Positions 57,616 through 64,000 of a stretch of DNA of 64,000 nucleotides are shown here, piece by piece. Source of the stretch: Longimicrobiales bacterium (GTDB taxonomy: Bacteria; Gemmatimonadota; Gemmatimonadetes; Longimicrobiales; Gaopeijiaceae). Under the pieces are notes generated by a model, which was not told where the DNA came from, ran no database searches, and worked only from the letters and a program-made list of their open reading frames with translations. The stretch is from NCBI GenBank assembly GCA_965203485.1, contig OZ241892.1, forward strand, positions 1,376,001 through 1,440,000, written 5' to 3'. Made by a program: the position numbers and the translations under genes. Position 1 is the stretch's first letter. Each line of letters begins with the position of its first letter.

Positions 57616-59463
57616 TCAAGGCGGCCTCCGGTTCAGGAACGACAGGATGCGCACGCCGGCCGCCTCGCTCAGACCGGGGACGCGGCCGATCTCCTCGGGC
57701 GTGGCGCTCCGCACGCCGCGGACGGATCCGAACCGGGAGAGCAGCGCCTGCTGCCGCTTCGGCCCGATGCCCGGAATTTCGGCGAGCTGCGAGCGCAGCG
57801 CGCGGCGCGACCGAAGCTTGCGGTTGTATCCGACCGCGATCCGGTGGGCCTCGTTCCTGGCGCGCTGAAGCACATAGAGCGACGGAGCCGTCGGCGGGAT
57901 GCGGACGGCCGCCCGGCGTCCCGGCACGTAAGCGACCTCTTCCTTCTTGGCGAGCGCCGCGAGCGCCACTCCTTCGGCGCCGGCCTCGGCCACGGCGCCC
58001 GCCGCCGCGCTCAGCTGTCCCTTGCCTCCATCGACCAAAAGCAGGTCGGGAAGCCGGTCGCCCGCCTTGGCCGCGCGGGCGAAGTAGCGGACCACGGCTT
58101 CGGCCATCGACAGGCAGTCGTCCGCGCCGCGCTCGTGGCGGATCCTCATTCGGCGGTATCCGGCGCGCCACGGCTCGCCGTTCTTGAGGGTCGCCACGCC
58201 GGCCACGGTCTCTGCGCCCTGCGTGTGCGAGACGTCGAAGCACGCCAGCAACCGCGGCACGACCTTGAGGCCCAGGTAGTCCTGCAACTCGTAAAGGGCC
58301 TCGCCGGCCCGGCCCGGCGACCCGGCGCCTCCCCGGGCGGCGTCTTCCAGCACGTGGCGCGCGTTGGCCACGCCCAGCCGCACCAATTCGGCCTTGGCGC
58401 CGCGCTTGGGCGCCCGCACGCTCACGCGCCGCCCCGCTTGGCGCGAGAGGACTTGTCCGAGAAGGTCCATGTCCGGAAAGGCGGCGGGCACGAGCACCTC
58501 CCGCGGCAAGTGCTCCAGCGTCTCCGTGCCGCCCGCCAAGTACGCATGCGACGCGAAGCGCCCCACGAGCGCCTCGTCGGGGTCGTCCTCCGTGCCCGAC
58601 AGAAAGTGGGCGTCCTGGCCGATCAGCACGCCGTCCCTGATGCGGAGCTTGACCGCGGCGGCCCGCTTTCCGTCCCTTGCCAGCCCGACGACGTCGCGGT
58701 CGCCGCCCCCCGTCGTCTGCACGCGTTGCCGCCCACCGATACCGTTCAGTCCGGCAAGCACGTCGCGCAACAGGGCTGCCCTCTCGAAGTTCAACTCCAA
58801 AGCCGCGTTGCGCATCTCTGCTTCAACCTCCGCCTGAACCTTGGCGACATCGCCGGCCAGGACGCGGACCAGCCCGTCGACGGCGGCCCGATAGTCCTCC
58901 ACGGACTGCTTTCCGGCGCAAGGGGCGTGACAGCGGCCGATGTCGTAGTCCAAGCACGGCCTGGAGGGCGTCTCGGCGGGCAAGTCGTAGCGGCAGGAGC
59001 GGATGCCGCAGCTCTTGTTCAGCAAGTCCAGCGCGGCCCGCACCCGGCCCACGGCGGTGAACGGTCCGAAGTATCTCGCGCCGTCCTTGCGCACGCGTCG
59101 CGTCAGGTAGGCGCGCGGAAACGGCTCGCCCGTCGTCACCTTGACGTAGGGATACTTCTTGTCGTCCCGCAGGTGGATGTTGAAGCGGGGCTGGTGCTCC
59201 TTGATGAGGTTGGCCTCCAGGATCAGCGCCTCCGCGTCCGATCCCACCACGAAGGTCCGGACCGTTCGGGACCGGCGGACCAATTCCCGCGTCTTGACGC
59301 CCAGACCGCGCGCCAAGTAGGAGCGCACGCGGGCGCTCAGCCGCTTCGCCTTGCCCACGTAAAGGATCTCTCCCGTCGGACTGCGGAACATGTAGACTCC
59401 CGGCCCCGGCGGGAGACGGCGCACGTTCGCCGCGTCGAGCGGAATGCCGTCCGGTTCCGCCAT
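57616..59463 (-). CDS. uvrC: Excinuclease ABC subunit C
   Basis: GIY-YIG (PGVYMF..ILYVGKAKRL..RVRSY), PRFN..LRDDK.YPY, UVR domain, CFDVSH, LLVDGGKGQ, C-terminal HhH IPGIGPKR. Confidence 0.97.
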   Translation of the reverse strand: MAEPDGIPLDAANVRRLPPGPGVYMFRSPTGEILYVGKAKRLSARVRSYLARGLGVKTRELVRRSRTVRTFVVGSDAEALILEANLIKEHQPRFNIHLRDDKKYPYVKVTTGEPFPRAYLTRRVRKDGARYFGPFTAVGRVRAALDLLNKSCGIRSCRYDLPAETPSRPCLDYDIGRCHAPCAGKQSVEDYRAAVDGLVRVLAGDVAKVQAEVEAEMRNAALELNFERAALLRDVLAGLNGIGGRQRVQTTGGGDRDVVGLARDGKRAAAVKLRIRDGVLIGQDAHFLSGTEDDPDEALVGRFASHAYLAGGTETLEHLPREVLVPAAFPDMDLLGQVLSRQAGRRVSVRAPKRGAKAELVRLGVANARHVLEDAARGGAGSPGRAGEALYELQDYLGLKVVPRLLACFDVSHTQGAETVAGVATLKNGEPWRAGYRRMRIRHERGADDCLSMAEAVVRYFARAAKAGDRLPDLLLVDGGKGQLSAAAGAVAEAGAEGVALAALAKKEEVAYVPGRRAAVRIPPTAPSLYVLQRARNEAHRIAVGYNRKLRSRRALRSQLAEIPGIGPKRQQALLSRFGSVRGVRSATPEEIGRVPGLSEAAGVRILSFLNRRPP

Positions 59464-59468
59464 TCCCG

Positions 59469-61019
59469 TCAACTCCCCCTCCTTCGCTCGAGCGCGTGCG
59501 AAGCCCTTCGCCGAAGATTCAGCGGCGAAGACCCGATCGCTTCCGAGACTCCAAGCCACGCGGCCGCGTAGACGCCGACGATCACGAGCCCGTGCACGCG
59601 CGGGAACGCCGCGTCGGCGGCCAAGCCCGCCGCCACGCCCGCTCCCGTGGCCAGCAGCAGGCGTCCCGTGCCGGGCGTCCACAACGACATGCCGCCCAGC
59701 CTGCGGCGGAGTTGGGCCCTGAGCGTCGCGAGCTCCAACCAACGGGCCAGCGCGGAGCCCAGAGCCAAGCCCGCCGCGCCCAGCCCGTACGGTCCCACCC
59801 TGATCTCGTCGAACGGGAACATCAGGCCGACGCCGGCGAGGGCCGCCACGGCAACCGCGACCAACGCAGTCCGCGCCGGCGTGCGCGTGTCTCCCAGCCC
59901 GTGGAACGAGCCGGCCAGGACGCGCGACATTCCCGTGGCGGGCAAGCCCAGGCCGTACGCCGCCAGCACCCAGCCTGCCGCCGCGGCCTCGTCGGCACCG
60001 AACTCGCCTCCCCATGCGTAGACGGCCATGACCTCCTCGCGGAAGAAGACGAAGGCCGCAGCAGCCGCGGCGAGGCCGGCCAAGGCAGTCCGCACGGCCC
60101 TCTCGGACCGCTCTCGGACCGCATGCGGCCCCGCCGCCCGGTCGCGAGAGAGTTCGGGCAGCGCCGCCGCCGCGACCGCGTGGGCGAAGACGGCGATCGG
60201 CACCAAGTACAGCGTGGTCGCGTACCCCAGCAGCGCCACCGCGCCCGTCGCGAGAAGCGAGGCGAGCGCGGTCTCGACCAGTCCGCTCACGTTGACGGCT
60301 CCGCGCGCCGCGACCGCGGGCAGAAAGCCCGACACGACCGACCGCGTCTCCGGCGACAGGCGCCCCGTTCGCGGCGCGGCCCCGCGGAGATGCCGGACCG
60401 CATGGGGCAGATGGAAGAGGAACTGGAGAACGCCTCCGCCCAGGGCCCCCCAGCCCATTCCGATCATCAGGTCCACGCCGAGCAAGCCGCGGCCCGCCAG
60501 CGCGACGACGGTTGCGACGATTGCGAGGTTCCAGAGGGCCGGGGCCACGTAGGCCGTGAAGAAGCGTCCGTGGCTGTTGAGGATTCCCAAGGTCCAGGCG
60601 GACAGGATCAGCGCCGCCGACATCGGGAAGAATATCCGCAGCAGGTCCACCGAGGTGCGCGCGGTCGGCGCGTCGAAGCCCGGAAAGCAGACCGCCACCA
60701 GCCAGGGCGAAGCGACGTAGCCGGCGACGGCGAGCGCGCCCGCCGTCGCCGCCAGCAGGCCGAGCACCGAGCGGGCGACGCGAGCGGCGTCCTCCTCCCT
60801 GCCCTGTTGCAGCAAGCGGACGTAGACGGGCACGAAGGATGCGCTCAGTGTCCCCTCGCCCAGGAGACTCTGCAACGCGCCGGGAACGCGTGCCGCCGCC
60901 CTCCACGCGTCGGCCAACGCCCCGGCGCCGAAGTAGTACGCAAACACCTGGTCGCGGACCAGCCCGAGCGCCCGGCTGACGACGATGCCGGAGGCCACGC
61001 GCCGCGCCGCCAATGTCAA
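59469..61019 (-). CDS. murJ: Lipid II flippase MurJ
   Basis: SRALGLVRD...AYYFGAG..AD....A.R.P..L..L.GEG.LSASFVP, multi-TM, DTRTP. Confidence 0.95.
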   Translation of the reverse strand: MTLAARRVASGIVVSRALGLVRDQVFAYYFGAGALADAWRAAARVPGALQSLLGEGTLSASFVPVYVRLLQQGREEDAARVARSVLGLLAATAGALAVAGYVASPWLVAVCFPGFDAPTARTSVDLLRIFFPMSAALILSAWTLGILNSHGRFFTAYVAPALWNLAIVATVVALAGRGLLGVDLMIGMGWGALGGGVLQFLFHLPHAVRHLRGAAPRTGRLSPETRSVVSGFLPAVAARGAVNVSGLVETALASLLATGAVALLGYATTLYLVPIAVFAHAVAAAALPELSRDRAAGPHAVRERSERAVRTALAGLAAAAAAFVFFREEVMAVYAWGGEFGADEAAAAGWVLAAYGLGLPATGMSRVLAGSFHGLGDTRTPARTALVAVAVAALAGVGLMFPFDEIRVGPYGLGAAGLALGSALARWLELATLRAQLRRRLGGMSLWTPGTGRLLLATGAGVAAGLAADAAFPRVHGLVIVGVYAAAWLGVSEAIGSSPLNLRRRASHALERRRGS

Positions 61020-61098
61020 GCCTCCGCAGGAACTTGCGGCATCCCCCCGCCGTCTGCGCGCAACGCCGTCCGCCGCGCTCCTTGTGCGCCGGCCCTCG

Positions 61099-61371
61099 TC
61101 ACGAGCGGCCGCGTCGCGGGTGGTCGTCGCCAGACCGCTCGGCGAGCAGCTTCTGGTAGAACCGGCTTTCCTCGTCGAGCCGCTCGACCTCGCGTCCCAA
61201 GCGCTCCACTTCCGCCTCCAGGGCCGTTACCCGCTCATGGCCCCCCTCTTCCCCGCCGCCCAGCCTCGGCCGCTCCAAGCGGCGCGCGATCGCCCGGCCG
61301 AACTGGGAGTCCAGGACGATGGCCAGGATCGGGATCAGCACGACCGCGACGATGATCACTTGCCAGAACAT
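61099..61371 (-). CDS. Small membrane protein with a coiled coil
   Basis: N-terminal TM helix, DSQFGRAIARRLE, heptad LEAEVERLGREVERLDEE..F..KLL. Confidence 0.75.
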   Translation of the reverse strand: MFWQVIIVAVVLIPILAIVLDSQFGRAIARRLERPRLGGGEEGGHERVTALEAEVERLGREVERLDEESRFYQKLLAERSGDDHPRRGRS

Positions 61372-61534
61372 GGAAGGAAGCTACGAAATCTCGGGAGAGG
61401 CGGTGGGGCGGCCGTTCCGTCCTGCTGGCCGGACATGCCCCTAAGCTTGACGCTCTCGCTTGGTCGACGAGATGGAAGAGGGCGTTCGGGCTTTCTGCGC
61501 CAGCCGTCTCACCAAAGACGTCGGTCGCGACGGA

Positions 61535-64000
61535 TCACCTGAACCGAACTGCGCCCTGCAGGCCGAGCCGACGGCCGGTAGGCTCGGCGCCGCCCGACAC
61601 CTGCTCGCCGAACAGGTCGAGCGTCGCCGCTTCCAGCACGGACAGCCGGACCCCCACGTTCAACCGGCGCGCCGAACCGCTCTCGGCCGCCCAGCGTCCA
61701 AACGGCGCCACGCGGCCCCCGTCCGCCAGGACGATCGCGTAGTCCATCTCCATCCGGAGACGGCCCGGGCTCGAGTTCGCGCGCCCGCCCGCAAGCGGCC
61801 CGCCCCCGGCTAGCGACGCGGACGATGCGCCCAGGGACGCGCCGGACGCGCCGCGCCCGATCCCGTCGCGCCACAGCATCGCCATGCCGCTCGCCGCGTT
61901 GCCCCAGGTCGGCTCGAGAGTGAACGACAAGCCTCCCGCTTCGCGACTCGGCCGCAGGCGGATCGCAACGCTCGCCCCCCACTCCCGGAACGACGATGCC
62001 TGGTGCGCCACCAGCGCGCGACCTCGCGCGTCCACGCTCAGCCCGATGCCGTCGTGCACGTAGCCGATCCCCGCGCCCGCCTCCGCGCCCGCGCCCGTCT
62101 CCGCGTCGCCGCCGTCGAAACGCGCGCCGACTTCGACCCGCGACGTGATCGCGGACCCGCTCGACAAGCTCCAGCGGCCCCCGACCTCCGACGCCAAGCG
62201 CAACCGCTGGACGTTGGCCACGACGCCCGCCAGCTCTCGAGCCTCGTCGGCGTCGGTGCGCACTGCGAAGGCATCCGCTTTGACGGCAAGCGCGCCGGTC
62301 AACCTCTGGCGGACGCCCGCCGCCGCCATCGCCATCCCGATGTTCGTTGCGAAGTCGCGGCCCGTTGCGTCCTCCGACAGCTCCGCCGTGCCCCGGCCCG
62401 CTCCGACCAGCCCCCACACGTTCAACCCGGCGCGCGGCGACCACTGCGCATAGGGATGCAGGCTGGTCAGGCGGGCGTCCACCGCGCCCGTGCCGTTGAT
62501 CCCGCTCTCGAAGCCGATCGAGCTGGTCGTCCGCGACAGCGCAAGGCCGACCAGAGGCCCCGCTCCGAACCGGTAGTCGGCGCCCAGGTAGGCCGAGCGG
62601 ACCGTGCCGTCGAGCACGAGGTCGTCTTCGGGCCGGCCCTTGAAGCCGCCGGCGCCGGCTTGGCCCCAGAACGTCCACCCGGCCGGCGACCTCTGCCTGT
62701 CGGCGCCTGGCGAAAACCGAAACGACGAACGCCCAAGCAGCTCTTCGCGCGACACGGGGTCCACGGTGACCAGCCGACCCCAGCCGGCGCGGCCGCCGGG
62801 CCGACGGGCAAACGGGACGCCGGGGCCGGTTGCCTTGCCGACCGTTGCGCCGAAGTCGGCCGCAGAGCCGAGGCTCGTCGTCGCGCCGATCTCGGCTGGT
62901 TGTCCGAAGGGGCCGGCCAGCCCGCGCAACGCGTCCGCGTCGTGGCTTCCGTTCGCGGCGGCCCAAAGCGCCGACGCCAAGCCGCCCGCGCCCTGCGACA
63001 TCCGCAAGCCGAGCACCCCGGTAGCCTGCCGGGCCAGCTCCCGCAAGTCGCAGCGTTCGCCCGCGCCCACGCACGAAAGCGTCCGGCCGCCGACTTGGAG
63101 CTGCGCTTCGCCCGTTGCGCCGGGATTGTCGTCCGCCGCCCCCAGTCGCCCGCCGATCGCTTCCACCGCCCCCGTCCCCACGGCCCGGCCGAAGGCGGCC
63201 AGCGAACGCTTCATGATCCGGGCGCGGTCCGTACGCGACGCCTCGACCGTCACCATGAAGCTCTGCTCGGCTTCCGCCCCGTCCGGGTCGGCCGCCCGCA
63301 CCGTCACAAGCGACTCGCCCACAGCCAGCGGATCGACCGTTAGCGCGCTGCCCGCCACATCCGCCCGCACTGAGCGCGGCGCTGCCGAGACGGAGAAGTA
63401 GCGGAGCTCGTCGCCGTCCGGGTCGCGGAAGTGCTCCGACAGGTCGACGACGGCCGCCGGGCTGGCCACCTCCATCGTCATGGGCGCGATGGCCGACGCG
63501 ACTTCCGGCGCTCGATTCTCCTCCGGCTCGGCGTCGCCCGCCGTCCGGCTCCCGTCCACCTTGTGCGCCGCGCTCGCCGGCACCGAGTCGTGCGTCAGAA
63601 CAGCGGCCGTCGTGCCGCCGGGCGCGGTGATCGTGCCGCCGTTCAGCTCGAGCGCGTTGGCCGCGACGCTGAGGCCGTCCGCGTCCCGGTCCGTCGCCTG
63701 CACGACGTACTCGAAGCCGTGGTGCGTCCGCGTGCGCGGCGGGCCCAGGTACGTCGCGTAGCGCGTCGAGTCCCCCACTTGCAACGCGAGCCGCGGCCGC
63801 CCCCCGACCGTGTCCAGCGCCGCATCGCGGTCGAATGCAACCGTCACCAAGACCAGGTCGCCGCGCAGATACGTGTCGCCGCTCGCAGGAGCGTCGACGT
63901 CGAACCCCATCCAGCGCACGCGCGGCGCATCCAATCGGCCGCCGTCCACCTTGTACGCCGAGTCCGCGCGCACCGCCGCGTGCGACAGCTCCGCCGCGAC
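61535..64000 (-). CDS. Large repeat-rich surface protein / autotransporter (5' part outside window)
   Basis: The frame is open to the window edge. It contains a repeat unit ending H......KVDG, an Ig/cadherin-like NRAP...VDLSEHFRDPDGD.L.Y domain and a C-terminal beta-barrel ending in Phe-Arg. Confidence 0.85.
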   Translation of the reverse strand, partial: VAAELSHAAVRADSAYKVDGGRLDAPRVRWMGFDVDAPASGDTYLRGDLVLVTVAFDRDAALDTVGGRPRLALQVGDSTRYATYLGPPRTRTHHGFEYVVQATDRDADGLSVAANALELNGGTITAPGGTTAAVLTHDSVPASAAHKVDGSRTAGDAEPEENRAPEVASAIAPMTMEVASPAAVVDLSEHFRDPDGDELRYFSVSAAPRSVRADVAGSALTVDPLAVGESLVTVRAADPDGAEAEQSFMVTVEASRTDRARIMKRSLAAFGRAVGTGAVEAIGGRLGAADDNPGATGEAQLQVGGRTLSCVGAGERCDLRELARQATGVLGLRMSQGAGGLASALWAAANGSHDADALRGLAGPFGQPAEIGATTSLGSAADFGATVGKATGPGVPFARRPGGRAGWGRLVTVDPVSREELLGRSSFRFSPGADRQRSPAGWTFWGQAGAGGFKGRPEDDLVLDGTVRSAYLGADYRFGAGPLVGLALSRTTSSIGFESGINGTGAVDARLTSLHPYAQWSPRAGLNVWGLVGAGRGTAELSEDATGRDFATNIGMAMAAAGVRQRLTGALAVKADAFAVRTDADEARELAGVVANVQRLRLASEVGGRWSLSSGSAITSRVEVGARFDGGDAETGAGAEAGAGIGYVHDGIGLSVDARGRALVAHQASSFREWGASVAIRLRPSREAGGLSFTLEPTWGNAASGMAMLWRDGIGRGASGASLGASSASLAGGGPLAGGRANSSPGRLRMEMDYAIVLADGGRVAPFGRWAAESGSARRLNVGVRLSVLEAATLDLFGEQVSGGAEPTGRRLGLQGAVRFR

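Noticed and set aside
59464..60906. Apparent long N-terminal extension of UvrC
   Set aside because: It is an off-frame reading of murJ. UvrC starts at ATG 59463 after an SD-like GGAGG.

Overview
A very GC-rich bacterial chromosome segment, mostly core genes. Gene content and protein styles suggest Gemmatimonadota, possibly a sponge or marine-host associated lineage (inference only). It carries the dnaJ 3' end, sucCD-CBS-ndk, yceD-rpmF-plsX-fabH-fabD-fabG-acpP-fabF-ispF-dedA-xerD, a CtpA protease, a fused glutamine-dependent NadE, RNase HI, and trpG-kdsB-pyrG-kdsA-kdsC-kdsD-lptCAB-rpoN. These are followed by a glycosyltransferase/wecB/plsC cluster, proline dehydrogenase, GGT, secreted Ig/LVIVD proteins, tRNA-Arg(CCT), DUF368, surE, merR, a plsY-gpsA fusion, der, tRNA-Gly(CCC), uvrC, murJ and the 3' part of a large repeat-rich autotransporter. 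The best-supported structural observation is the replication terminus: a 28-bp dif site at 40017-40044, where gene orientation and KOPS octamer polarity both flip. The most unusual proteins are a DUF368 (undecaprenyl-phosphate recycling family) member with an inserted baseplate-J-like beta domain, a PlsY-GpsA fusion, an RNase HI that lacks the second catalytic acid but has a new Glu beside the first, and a CtpA with a duplicated N-terminal helical module. No CRISPR array, IS or prophage was seen. Start codons were chosen by eye, and family calls come from motif recognition, not database searches.
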